A stretch of 64,000 bases of DNA from Cyanophora paradoxa CCMP329 (lineage: Eukaryota > Plantae > Glaucophyta): positions 1 through 64,000 of the forward strand of contig QPMI01000125.1 of NCBI GenBank assembly GCA_004431415.1, written 5' to 3'. Position 1 is the first letter of the stretch, and each line of letters begins with the position of its first letter. A program made the translations under genes and the position numbers. A model generated the notes under the pieces. That model saw only the letters and a list, made by a program, of their open reading frames with translations. It was not told where the DNA came from and made no database searches. Positions 14,089-27,719 of this stretch are shown here, in pieces.

Positions 14089-14460
14089 GTAGGGTTCTTG
14101 TCTGAACGTCAGCTTCAATTGCATTAGATTATGAACTATTTTCGACGCATTCGATTGCATTATCATTACTGGGGCGATTTATCAAGTATGTAGATTTCAT
14201 GTCCCTATGTAAATAGCAGACATTCCACCAGAGTCGATCGCGTCTTCCTTGACTTCTGCCCGACCATCGGCCGGCGACAAGCTGCTATGCAAACGCGCGT
14301 AGAGACTGAACGCTACCTTTCAGATTTCGACGCGCGCACCTATATCTTGTTTGATTGAATCCGATTGTTCGACCTTCACGATCATTGATCAGTAATCGCG
14401 CCCGCGGGGAAAAGTTGCCAGCTGCTACAACTGACGATCTAAAGCGCCCTGCTGCGCAAT
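13500..14460 (+). repeat. Segmental duplication, copy A (paralogous to ~27720-28305 plus 29053-29310)
   Basis: Long shared strings, e.g. cgcgcgcctgtttcgagcgattt, ggctcagtgcttcgaagagtccatctcgctc, cagcttcaattgcattagattatgaactattttcgacgcattcgattgcattatcattactggggcgattt, atgcaaacgcgcgtagagactgaacgctacc. Confidence 0.9.
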
Positions 14461-15126
14461 GTGGCACAAGGCCCGCCCAGGCCACCCTTTCCCCCCAAAT
14501 GCTCGAGCTCTCTGCAGGGTCCGAACGCGAAACACAAAAATCTTTTTCGGGCAACCTCCTGCAGTTGGCAAAAAATGCGATAATATATAATGCTCTTGCA
14601 GCGCCACTGGTGCACTACTGACTTTTTAATTCCAGGACTGCTCCCGCTCCTCCAGGCCATTTTAATTTAATTAATGAAATGAATTCCAGGCCACTCCTAC
14701 TCCGCCGCGACTCGTTTGTTGGACTGCTTGTAGGGGCAGGCGAGTCAAGTTATATATACCGATAGTGTTGCCAGCCTGGTTTCCACTGAGTCGAGCCACT
14801 CGTACCATGTACCCCAGTCAGTAGTCTTGCTGTACCCTCCGGGACCGCACCACGGCTCCCAATACAGCCCCACCACCCCTCGGGGCAATCTCGCGTGTAG
14901 CGCACGGGCTGGGAACACAGCTGGGCAGCCACAGCACAGCAGAGCGGGCCAACAAGACCAATAATAATAGCATGCACTGGACAGCATGTGCGTGATCGAT
15001 ATCGATCTCTGTTAATGAGAGCTGTACGATATAGAGAATTGTAACATATTTGCATGCAAGCGCATATACGTTGGTAGCTGGCCTGCAATTGCAAGCGACG
15101 CAAGGGATCGATGTATAGCAATAAAT

Positions 15127-18100
15127 CTAGCGTTCAACGTGAAGGAGCCAGCGGTAAGCGGCCGCTTTGACGGCCTCAAAGACAAGCCAGTATGCAGGCA
15201 TGACGGCCACGTTAGACCACGGCGAGAGGGCCTCGATGCCGTAATACTCTAGGGCGGCCGCTCCGTCCTCAAGGCAACGTCCCGCCGATGCCATTCTAAC
15301 ATCAAAATCAAAGCTCGCACCTCACAATAACACATGAGTAGTGTCTACAAAAATGCGCACGCTGCTGGGCAGTCCACAAAAGAGAGATCGGCGAGTTCTG
15401 AGATGCAAAGTGCGGCAAACGGATACCTGCACATGCGCGTACATATGCGCAGCTCTTGCGGAAGTACAGCTAGTGCAACGTGAGCGTAAATGCACGCGCA
15501 CCGGAAGAACAAGATATAGTGAAGCCATCTCCACATTGCTGGGATTGAGGGAGCCGGCGGGAAGAAGCCGGCGAAAAAAGAACCCTGAGGGCGAATTCGA
15601 AGATTGATATTGAGATCTAATTATCAAAGTAGAAAAGTACATTTGAATGCGATCGCAAATCGCCTTCTCTACTCAGTACCCGTACGATCTCAAACATCCA
15701 TCTCATATATGCAGTACACACCTGTGCGAGAACAGCGGAGGAGATAGCAAATGCGTCATTGACATTCTGTGCCAGCGTGAGGAGTCGTGCACATGGGTTA
15801 CGGAAGCGATTCGGACACAATCGAACCTTCAGCAGCAAGACAAGCATTTCCACAAAGGACTCTGCGGTTAGAGTCCAGAGAATCAGGGCGATGCTTGCAC
15901 TCCAGAGTCTCGAAGCGCTGCGCGTGCAATGCGTGGCGGAGAATTAACGTTGGTGCCGGAAAACGTCTCGGAGGCATGCACATGGATGCACAACGAACGC
16001 CCCTACCTGCCGTAGAACAACTTGCTGAGTGGAGAAAGTATTAGGAGACTACCAACGTGGATGAAGCATTTTAACGTCGTGTCAACGACGACGCTCGCAA
16101 GATGCCATGTTGCCGGCGTAGCCATCCCATGAGATCGCTCGCGATAGTACAGATTGCGATCGTTGAAAAATTGCACTGCGCCTCCCATCGCTCTGCGCAC
16201 AAATTAAATGCCATAAGTGACAACTGAAAGTTTCCGAATATACAGCGGCAGTGCGGAAAAGACGTCGACTGCACCTAAAATAGACATACAAGAGCAAAAT
16301 GTACATGAGCGAAAAACGAAGCCAAATGGCATCTTGAGAGGCGGCTAATTGAAACCTATTCGCAGCAAGTCAGATTTCAAGATCGCCAGTAAATTCACGA
16401 ATATTCCTGCTGTTGCGAATGTCAGTCAACCGAGCTTACCAGCACGTTCCGACGACGAGAGCCAGCGCCAAGTTGCTGCGCCCCCCGGGACGTGAACGCA
16501 CAATCGTAAGGGATGCAAATTGCAGAGGCAGAAGGATCCCTAACGAACCTTAGCACGGCAGATACGAGCCATTCCTTCCTTCTCCACACGGTTTGCAGCC
16601 GGCGTTCCAAGTAAAGCTTCAGAAGTCGGCCGTTTGAAACGTGCCTGGGAGCTCGGAGTGTCGATCGAGAGGAGCTGTGGGCGAGGTTCATGACCGCGAT
16701 CGCGTCAAGGGTCGCGATTTTCAAATCGCTTTCGTCATAAGCATCCGCAATGCAAATATCGTTGCAATTGCCGCCGTGGTCATTGGATCGGCCCACTTTC
16801 GATCTGACATAATCATTATAGTACTTGGCTAGAATTAGAAACTCTTTCTGTACCTACCGAGGCGGTCCGAATTCTCGACTTGCAATGGCAATGAGAAACT
16901 CAGCGGGGTTTGCGACCTGCGGTTTGCGGTATCCTAGCGCCCCTCCAATTAATGACGAGGCATGTGTGATAGAATTTGGTTGTGATAGAATATGGAAAGA
17001 ATAATTTACCTAGTCTTTCGAAGTACTGTAAGACCTTCGAAGATTCTACGCCGACCTCCCCTGTAAATGTATCGATATTGAGTTTAGTATCTATGCTCCA
17101 GCTCCGCTCTAGATCTACGGTAAGCAGCAGCTATAACGCACCGAAATATGCGGTGCTACCGGCACTGTCCAGAAGAAGAAGATCGTCGAACATCTCGAAC
17201 ACTTGCCGCGACGGCTGGCTGCATATGCATATGGGCACACGCGCGGTGTCTTTGTCAGGCAAATTGAGCAAGCTCCGGGTCGGTCTCACTGTATTGTAGC
17301 CACGATTGCCTGTCTTCGACCTTGAGCGACAGATCGCAGAAGCTGGAAACAAACAGAAGAGAATCGGTTAAAGCAGCGGATATAGACACGTAAACGTAAA
17401 GCTTCCGAAGGCTCTTAGCAACATTGCACGTGGCCTCGCCCTCACCTTTACGACTCGGAGGGCAGACATCGCGTCCAGCCCCGTTGTGGGCTGCGCATTG
17501 TATCTTAAGTTCGGCGGTGCGAACTCTCATTGCATAATGAAGAGGCCTGCTACTCATTATCAAGCTCACCTCGTCGAGGAATAGTACTTTTGGATCCTTG
17601 ACAAGCTCAATTGCAATTCCAGTTCTCTTGCGCATCTGCAAGCGAGCTTAAGATCTCGAATACGATACATTTGGCCGTGCAGTTCTTGTCTCCCACCTCT
17701 GCTGTGATGCCGCCCGTCTCAAAACAACCGATACGAAGATCTCCCTCGTTCAATAGGTCAAGCGCCGCGAGCGTTTGTTCGACCTTTTCCGAAGTTCAAC
17801 ACGCGCTGGCGATGTAAAGATCACCACTGCTTACTCGATCGGAAATTTCGTGTGTCGAGGTGGACCTATCCAGACGAGTTGCAGCTGCGAATGCCACAGC
17901 CTCGCGGATCGTCTGCCGTGGCCATGAAAGTGATCAAGTCGCGAGAAACCGCTTTTGGATTCATCTTTGCCGAACTTACAGCAGTGGCTAAGAAAACCTC
18001 GCTTTGTTCCACGTATCCAATAAGACGTTCATGATTTTCGTGCTCGCCGAGTGGGAGTCCGCACAGCCTACAGGAGACTCAAAGCGCTGTCAAATGCAAC

Positions 18101-21100
18101 TCTGCCAGAGCTTGCTGTCTTTTCCCCGCGCACCGTATCTCGCCTGAAGTTTTCCCAATTGTCTTCCGATCGCCAAGAATGTCTAAAAGCGTCTGGCAGC
18201 GCCATATATATAAGAGGACGACGATTAAAGCACAGGCCAATGATACATATATGCATAGGCACGCAAATGCGAATTAAATGACATACCGTTTTCCCTGCTC
18301 CAGACGCGCCAACGAGGGCTGTGAGACTGCCGGATCTGTAGACAACACATTTTCCAATAAATATGTGGAGCGGCACAGTTCCATAATAAAACTGGCGAAG
18401 CGGACCGGACGTATCCGCAAGCATCATGAAGAATGCGGAGAGGAGGCTGGCCTCTTCCCGCTCGAGGCAGCTGCGCTTATGAGCATGTGAATAAAAACTA
18501 AAACGAATACCGATCGCGATCGCAAACACCTCATAAGAAATTTGCTTCCAAGTCAGAGACACTTCCGGTTGTAATTGAGCACGAGAATGGACGGAATTCC
18601 CGCATTCACATGCACTGGATCCGGAACCACATGTGCACTTCGGTGTGAAGTTGGGAAAATCATCCTGCTTCAAGTTCTCCTCGACGGCCGTTGCAAACTG
18701 GACTCTCAGCTGGATGCCAGCTCCCCCTGACGGGCCCTGTGGCGCTTGTGCAGGTCTTGATGCAATGGGCGCGCTGAGCGTGCACGAACAAACCGTTAGT
18801 TAGACTTGTGTTCGATTACATATAATATACACAACTATGCGATCAGATCTAGAATTGTATTCGACAATACATATGCTGACCTGCAGGTGAACCTCGATGC
18901 TGGCGGCACATAGATCTTCGGTCGCAGGTACAGCGCGGCCAGGCAGGCCACCACCGCCCAGAAGAGCCAGTGCCCGAACAACATGAGAACGTTCCAGTAG
19001 AAGAAAGCGCCGTCAGTGTGCATGCCGAACTTTGCGAGCACTCCCGCGCCGCCCTCCGGATGGTCTTCGAGCTGGAGCGCTGCGAGCTCGCTGATCGCCA
19101 GCGCCTCGTGTGAAGAGGATAAATAAGACAGTGGCAGCGCCCATTTCCACCAGCTCGGAAGCTGAGGGCGCGGCACCAGCATGCCCGAGAAGCAAAAACT
19201 TAGCGCGGGCACAGCCAGAGCCAGTGTAGATGTGACGTCAATGGAATCGATGGAAAGGCTGAACGCCCTGTTCATCGTCACATAGGAACAGAAAGAAAGC
19301 GAAGATGGTGGACTACGCACATAATGGACATCTCGGACGTCGCGCTCTGTAAGAGCAATACGAAGACAAATCGTGCAAACTTTACAAATGATGCCGTTCT
19401 ACGAAGCCCAGAGATCCAATAAGAAATTATCGCGAAGATTAGCGCTTCGAAGAAGTAACGCCAGAACTCAACGAAAGTTTCCGCCAGAACCCACTGCAGC
19501 CGTGCGGTAATGAGAATCTTTGAGTCATAACTGTTTGAAAGCACTGACCAGCACCGGGTGGTAGAGTTGTTGATCATTTTCGTGATGCATTATGCGCTTT
19601 CCATTATAAAGGTTTGTAATCTGCACGTGCACATCAAATTAAAAAATGACGATCGACAGTGATTACGTAGGCATTTAGGCAGTAGTCGCCTTGGGCTCTG
19701 GAATATATATAGCTAAATATACCACGTGTGCAATATATATTGGACACAGCCACACTGGCATGATCATGAGCTAACGCTTACCTTCGAGATTGGAAAAACG
19801 GCAAATGTGAGGAGGGAAAACTGCAAAAACGACAGGCTGTCGATAGCCCCCAAAACATGCGTTCCTCCAGCCTTTGATTTTTGATTAGCTTAAGCAGCCT
19901 TTTAAAGACACCAGAGCGCACGTTGACGAAGAGCGAGCCGAGTAGGAGCGCTGCGGCTACCGCGTTCCCGAGCCTGTGCACCGCGAGCTGCTTCTGCTTG
20001 ATTCCAAGACTCCAGGTCCGCCAACAGAGTAAGCGAAATGCATTGAAACAATTCGGATATCTGGCGGTAGAGTTTCGCTCCGAGTCCGTGCTTGAACCCC
20101 CGAATTCAAATCCCCTTTGGAAGATTGCGATCGGTGCATCGAATTGGGCGAACTGCGTTTGGTGGTTCACGTACGAGCATTCGGATTGACAGCCAATTTG
20201 ATAGCTTATTGCCGGGAGAGACAAACATTTTTCGCTCAGACACACTTCCAGCAGAAACTCCTTCGATTGACCAGCGTCGTGAGTTGCAGTGAATTGAATG
20301 TAATTTAAAAAAGAGGTTAGATTGCAAATCAAATCACGAACTGTAGAAGAGAATGACGGGCTGCGCTTGAAGCTAAGTCCTTCGAAGTAGCGGCAAGCAT
20401 CGTCTGCACTTGGACCCTGTAGGCTGTGAGTTCATCGTGACGCGCCGGAGGTTCAATCGACGTCACGCAAATTAAACTCGCACCCTGTAAACACAGCGAC
20501 CAGAGGCCAGAACGATGATCTCGTCGAAGAATGAAACCATTTCCCTGCACGAACGCCATTGGATTTCGTTCCTTCGATGATAGTTACGCAAACATAAATA
20601 TAGCCCACTCCGTGGGCTGCAAAAGTGTACAGCAGACGATCATCCCCCGAGAAGCCATTGACTTGAGTGCGGCAATTACGCTCAGCGCCGCGGAAGCGTC
20701 AAGCCCTAAATGAGCAGATTATGATTAGCCCCTTTTCGTCGCGTTTAAAGTTGGAAAGAGCTGAAGCTGAAGTTACCGTCAGTCGGCTGATCTAGCAGAA
20801 TGACGTCTTTCCCGGCCTGTATCAGAATTAATATTAGTCGACACGCAAGAACCTCATGCAGGCATTTAGTGACTGAATAATTTGAGTCCTTCACGCGCAC
20901 CATGGCTAGACCTTGAGCAATCGTGAGTCGCCGCCGTTCGCCTCCGGAAATACCCCTCGTAATCGAATCGCCAACCATCGTTTGAAGCGCCCCCTTTAGA
21001 TTGACGACGTCGGCAACAGCGTAGACCTGCAGAGACGCACATATAATAACATAAACATACATTTTCACGCATAGATGACCCTAACACCTCTGTGCGTACC

Positions 21101-22279
21101 CTCTCCTGGACCCGAGCCCGGTTCGCATCCCGAATGGCCGCACTGAACTCGATCACCTCTTCACCACTTGAATGAGCTGTACGTATACAATGTCTAACAT
21201 AAGTATGATCATGAGATCGCACAGTAACCGCACCAGAAGTTATAGGCGTGCTTAAGATTATAACTATGCATGTTATGGCCGCACGCACGGAAGTAAAACT
21301 CATCGCTCTGGGGAACGAGGACAACCCGTCGCTTGAATTCTTCGAATTCGCCACGTGCACAACAGCGCGTGAATGAAACAAGCAATAGCGGCGTTATTGA
21401 AAAAGTGCTCGTAAGCACCCCACGAGTCGCTCCAAACCGAAGTCGAGCCGCTCTGGAGGCGGACGTTTCCGCGCACTTCTCCGTTGGTCCTCAGGGGCTC
21501 GGTCTGATTAGCGAGGATGCGCAACAAAGCTGACTGGGAGTTCGAAAATAAAAGGCATTAGCATAAATAAAAAAATGCGGATTCGTGGAAATTTCGTGCA
21601 CATGCTCTATTGTATACTATTGTCTATATACATATATACAGAACTACGCATCGCTCGCACCTTCCCCGCCCTCGCTGGGCCGAGCACGAGGGTCATGGTT
21701 CCAGGCTGCAGGCGCAACAGCTTGTCTTAGCCAGCGCATGTAATTTGTAGGTGATTGCAATTGCTCTTGCTCGTTGAATGTATAGCTCGTTGCATATGTA
21801 TGCACACAAGAAATGCAGAAAGAGGTGGAGGCACTAGCTCTAGATCTAGATTTGGCGATAAGGCTCGTTATGCGAAAATAAGCAATATCGTACGCACCTT
21901 CAAGCTGCCTGAGATGGGGTAAAGGACTTGCTGGCCTGAGACCTGATACCCGCCTTCATCTGATCGCAACGACACCGATCGAAAGTCAAACTCATACGAA
22001 AAGCAGCTATATATCGTATGAAGTCAAAATCCGATGTATACATGCCTTAGCAAACTGAACACGTGCATGGTTATAAGCTTAAGGTCACAAACCATACAAT
22101 AGAGAAGGAAGTTGGACTTCTTGCGACCGCCCTTTGCCACCGACGTCGATCGCGACGAGGGCCTGTTTCTCTCTTTTGCCTTGGAGAATGCGTATGATAG
22201 GGTTTTCCACATGTTCAGGGGCGTTGCCCGCGACCGCGGTTGTTATGCGCGCAGCTGCGCAGACTGACTGTGGCTGCAT
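15127..22279 (-). CDS. Full-size ABCG (PDR-type) ABC transporter, NBD-TMD-NBD-TMD; many introns
   Basis: NBD1: GTMTLVLGPARAGK, RGISGGERRRLTIAQGL, ILLDQPTDG. TMD1: FCFSGMLVPRPQLPSWWKW. NBD2: [59 protein letters not shown]. The C-terminus reads ...PWSNVAVMPAYWLVFEAVKAAAYRWLLHVER* (stop 15127-15129). The start is approximate and intactness was not verified. Confidence 0.88.
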
Positions 22280-25200
22280 CCGTCGCACGCCTTCCGGAGC
22301 TAGATCTAGATCTACATGCGCGTCTGCACAGAGAAACGGTTAATTCGCTGAAACGTAGCACTTATATATAGCCCAGCTGCGGATGCCACCGTCGGACAAC
22401 AAGCTGCACATGCAGTCGACGTCATACATGCGCACGCGACCATATGTGTATGCAGTCACTGACTTAAATTACAGTACCGCAGTACTCGTAGCCATGCCAC
22501 TAGAGTCGACTAGACTAGCTGCACACTACGGCAGCGCTATATACCTAGCCAAGTTTAAATTTCCAGCTATAGACTTTTTAACCAGGTAACTAGTAATTCT
22601 AACACCATGGCACACTTCTAGGAATCTAGGCTACCCCCGGTAGTCCTACGGTACTGGCTCGGGCCGCGCGTGATGAGTGCTACCGACTCAGCGAGGCCAG
22701 GCTAGTACTCAGAACTTCGGAAGTCACAATTACGAGAACTGCTACTACTAGGCTATTATTTTATATCACAGAGCGACAATTGCAATACTATGATAATCAG
22801 AAGCTTACTGAGTCAGAACAATCACAGACTATTTTTATATATGATTCACAGTATAGTATATTATATATATATATACGACCACGTCTTCTCGCGACTCCAG
22901 CACAAGCCGCTGAGCAGGAGTTCTTCGCGTCTGGCGAGTCAGTTGCGAGTCACTGGCGACGTACACGCGCGTTCAACCCGGGCAGGCCGGGGCAGCCCAG
23001 CGGGCCAGCGGCCCCGGCCAATTGCGCATTTCGGCCCGGGATCATCGGATGGGTCGACGTCGGGACTCGGGAATCGCGGCGCCGAGTCGGGAGTCGGGAC
23101 TGCCACGGTGACCGTCGGACGGTACCGTACGACGACCGTCGGACTCGTCGACGATCGCGAGTCAACACGGCTACGAGTCTACGACTCACTGAGTCACTGC
23201 CGTACGCATCGGACGGATTCGGACCCGGCGGACCATCGGCCCGGCGGTGCGCCGCGCGCGGGCCGGCGCCGCGGCCGCGCGTGCCGGCGAGTCACTGCAG
23301 CTGGGATCCCCGGACCGGTGGCGCACGGTGCCACGGACCCACGGTGGCGGACGATTACCGTATAACACTTATATATGACGCGCACTTTATTCTGTCATCC
23401 CCAAATTATGTCGCCGAAATTTTGCTATAACGACATAATTTGGGAGCGTCATAATTCCTGGGCGCCATACAAAATTACCGCGCCCCAAACAAACCTCGAA
23501 TTTCATAGCGACATACAGTCACATACTACGATGATACTAGTAATCTGGGAGCGTCCGACGGTCTTATTTCACACACGGGTGTCCAGGTTTTATAAACGAC
23601 ATCACAGATGCCGTCATACTTAAGTGTTACACGTTAGTAACAGCAACTGACGCATGATCACTGAGCATTGATATCCAGCCAATCACACATTTCGGATCGG
23701 AGTGGTCCGAAAAGCCTAATTTTTGTGGGCAGCCAATTGCGCATTTCGGATTTCGTTGAGTCACTCAGCTCAGTCTGCCGGGACTCCTAGGACTCCCTGT
23801 AGCTGCGCCAGGAGACTCGGGGCCAGGAGAGCCATAATTATGATTAGCGGTACCGTAGTATACCAGTACGTACGTTTGTACTGTAAACGAACGAATATCC
23901 GCCAGCACTTAATTTATTTCGCCAAAACCCGAAAATGTTGCACAATTGCAAAATTGTTTTGTCAAAAATATATTAAGACTTCGAATTCGCCGAACTGAGC
24001 GCTATAGCTACGTATACCGACTCTATTACCGAGCGCCGCCGAAAACGAGGCGGGGGAGCAGACTCTCATAGTCTGAGAGGGCCTAGCCCTACCGAAACGA
24101 GCTCGAGATGAACACTACGTATATCTATGCCTATGTACTGTACACGTTGAGAGCTCTAAACTGTATACTATGATACGTACGCAGAAGGCTATATATAGCT
24201 AGCTATTGCTACTGGCTACGTATACAGGCCTAGGCGCCGGCTGTCTAGTGCTCCGCCCCGCAGAGACACTTCTCCGCCGTGTACTTCAAGGCTTATACGC
24301 CGGGGCCTCGGTGTCCTGGTCGGACGAGTCCGGTCCGGCTCTGCGCTGCGATCGCGAGTTGGCACGTGCACGTGCACGCGTACGGGCCGGGGGCGGGGAC
24401 TGCCTCCACGTGCACGTAGAGCCCGTCGCGGCTGAGGGGCTCGAGGAGGCCGGCAGTCCGTCAGGCGGACTGCAGCCACGCGCGCCGCTCAGGAGCTGCG
24501 AGCTCGAGCTCGCGCCAGATCTCGGCGATCGATATCGCGAGCCAGCGACCCGCGGCCGGCCGCGGCCCGCCGTGCTCGTGGACGTGCTCGTTCTGCTTCT
24601 CTAGATCTACCGTGTCTGCATCAAGGAATAGCCCTCCTTCTCGCACACAAGGATCTCGTGCGCCGTGGGCTCGAGGGGGCGGACGCCGGGCGGCAATATT
24701 AATGGCGCCTTCCCTAGCGACGCGCGCGCCAGGCCAAGGCTTGAATATGAAGGCGCCACGTGCACCGCCGATATCGATAAATTTGAAGCCTTCCAGTAAA
24801 CGACGGAGAGCTTTGCGCCGCTGATGCTGCCGCTTGCTTTGAATTCGAACCGGGGACGCGTGCAGCTGCAGGACGCGTCTGCAGCTGAACGGACGAACTG
24901 GTCGAGCGACGAATTTAAGGGACGCAGGGACGGTACCCCCCAGAATTCTGCCAGCTTCAAATCATGAATATTAATATTCGCCGGCGTGAGGGTCTGGCGA
25001 ATATAGTCGAAATTAAACGCTGGCGGTTATTCGCACGTATATCCGTGTACAGTACTCATCATGGCATGATCATTATCAGTGACTACTACACTGACTAGGC
25101 TATAGCTAGCTACTTGGAGCCTTCTCGCCAGGCTCGGCAAAGAGCACTATATGTATAGCTACAAGTAAGCTCAGCAGCTGCTAGAGGGAAGGCAGCTGCT

Positions 25201-25293
25201 AGTAGGTTTTATAATTATAAGCGGCGTCGGCGTCGATCTTCTGTCTCTTTCCATCGTCTTCTTAGGAAGCATTAGCATTTGCACCATCGCACG

Positions 25294-27218
25294 ATGTCGT
25301 CCTCGGAAAGCGCACAGCTCCAGACGGTGGCTCAGGCGTTCGATGTTTTTGCTGGCCTCTATGCGCGGGAGGTCCAGGCTGCTGGGCTGCAGGCGTCGCC
25401 GACTCAGCGCGCTCTTCTCATCAACAACGTCCTGAAGGTAAGCTTTGTGAAGCTTTGTCATTGTGCATAATCGACCGAAGTCGCGCTGCAATGTCGACCG
25501 GGCAAATACAGTCGATAAATGAACATTTGCTTTACATTTGACATTCGCCGAGTCAATAAGTCTAGATCTGCAATTGATGATCATGATGAGCATTGCGATC
25601 AGGTCGTTGAGAAGCACCTGAACAGCGATCCTTCAGAGGAAAAGTTCTTGCGTGAGCGTGTGTCGACCGAACAGGTCCGAATATGCAAGCATACGTCATG
25701 GCAGTCATGGCACTAGCTGCAGGCTAATTTCGAATTGCATAGCGCTTTGATGATCATGATTACCTCTGAAGCTCGTTGTTCCGTCCGCAGGGTGTCCAGG
25801 ACGTGCTCAAGGAGCTTGCTGTCCTAATTACCAACGTGAGCGCGCACTCCGGATCCCCGGGCACTTCATGATCAGCTTATTGAAATAAAAAGCTCTAGAA
25901 AATGAATGCGGCAGAACTATAGCCATCACCAAACGCCGTGAACGTTAACGCTGTTTCTGTTTCTACGTGTCTAGATTTCTAATTATAACCACCGGTTCAC
26001 AGATCAAAGCGAGTGATGCCATGAATGACATATACATGCGCTCCGCGAAAAGCACCACACTGGAGGAAGTCCTGGGAAAGGACGATTACGAAGTGAGCAC
26101 TAATTATATAATATATATATAGGTTATACATAGATACCGCCCTCGAGCGAGCTCGAAATCCTGAAACAGTGAACTGGGATTCCTTGCGTATTTAATTTTG
26201 GATGCAGATGCTGGGTGACGTGATTGCTGAGGCGAGCGAAACATACTTGATCGATATTCTGCACCTCGCTGCGGTTTTGCCGAGGGAGCAAGGATCCGAA
26301 ATCTTTAAGAATCTTCTTTTCGAAGGCGGCGCTGAGACCCAAGGCGACGAGCTTGTGACTGACGAGGTCAATCAGATTAATATTTTGTTTTGCTTAATTT
26401 GAGCATCGTTGAACGAAGTGTCAATTCCAATAGGAGTTCAACAAAGTGATCGCGGAACTGGACAGCAAGGCCGAGCTGGTTTGTTTTCTTCTTTTCATTC
26501 AAGCGATCGCGTGTTCGATTTCGCAATCGCAGTATTTCAACGCCATGGAACTCAAAGACGAGCTTGTGTCCGCCGCGGCATCTTCAGAGGACTCCAATGT
26601 CATCAGCGAGGATGAGGCAAAGAAGATCGAGCAGATTGTGGCTGTTACAGAGCAAACTGTCAAGGAAGAGGTCCGCATATGCATTTGGTTTCGTTTGGTT
26701 GATCGGATTTGACTCCCGATTGAATTGGAGACCCAAGTCGCACAATTCTGCTCTAGATGTAGGACGAGAGATAGAGGATGTCAGAGCTGATACGTGAGTC
26801 CCAGGTCCAAGAGATTGAGCAAGACATCACATCATCGAGCACGAGCAATTCACAGGACAAGAAGGCGTGCTGGACGTTCTATTTTACCCTGCCGAGTTTG
26901 CCATGGAGCTGATTATTTCGAGTTCTCAGCTTGCCGACGAGCTCGAGCTCGACAGTCTTGAAAAGAGTGCTGAGAAGGTCATCGACGCAGGGTCTATCGT
27001 ACAGTCTTCTATCGAAATCGCTCAAACGGTTTCGGACTGCGAAGAAATGGCGTCAGACACGTACGGAATCTTCGAATTCGAGGATGAGGTGCGTGCGCAT
27101 TGGCGACAACTGCAATGTGCTGCTGAGCTGAATTGAGGCGCAGTTCATGGACCAGTGGTCTTTCGAGGAGGGACTTCTGCAGGCAGAAGGAGTCATCGAA
27201 ATCGATAGCGAAATGTAA
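25294..27218 (+). CDS. Multi-exon gene, acidic and probably alpha-helical protein of unknown function
   Basis: ATG 25294 MSSSESAQLQTVAQAFDVFAGLYARE..., then exons with gt/ag ends (DQVVEKHLNSDPSEEKFLRE, MLGDVIAEASETYLIDILHL, YFNAMELKDELVSAAASSED, LADELELDSLEKSAEKVID). The last exon reads AEGVIEIDSEM*. Confidence 0.65.
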
Positions 27219-27719
27219 TGGGGCAGAGGAACAGAAAGATTGTTGACCCCACCCTTCGATGCGCACTTGCTGCGATGATTTATGGTCGTAATTTATAATC
27301 AGCGAGCGAGTCAGATTTCGCGCGAATACACAGCCAGTAGGCGTGCGTCTCAGTCTGGTCTCTAGATCTAATCGGATCATGTCAGGATGGTCTCCTGAAC
27401 AGATCATGGAGCTCGCGATCGAGGCAGAAAAAATGGTAGAGAGGGCAGATCTAGATCTAGAGGCAGGCGGATGGAGAGGTGGACGGGTGTTGAGGCCCTC
27501 GAGGGTGCGGCTGCTGCCGATCGCGAGGGCTTGATTCAATTGCTCCGCTTCGCTCAGCCCGCTTGATTCAATGCGGCCTAGCAGTATATGATGCCGACCG
27601 TCCGACGCGCTAGCGACGGCCCGGCGTATGGTTGTGCACGTGAGCCATGAATTCCGAAACAGCTTCTGAGCAAAGCAGTTCGCAGCTGCGCATGCATGCG
27701 CAGCTTTGGATCACGATCG

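Noticed and set aside
23400-23444. 14-bp inverted repeat cccaaattatgtcg/cgacataatttggg
   Set aside because: It is real but isolated; no associated element or function could be supported.
24206-24960. Possible small gene on the minus strand
   Set aside because: The frames are broken, the region is palindrome-rich and no family was recognised.
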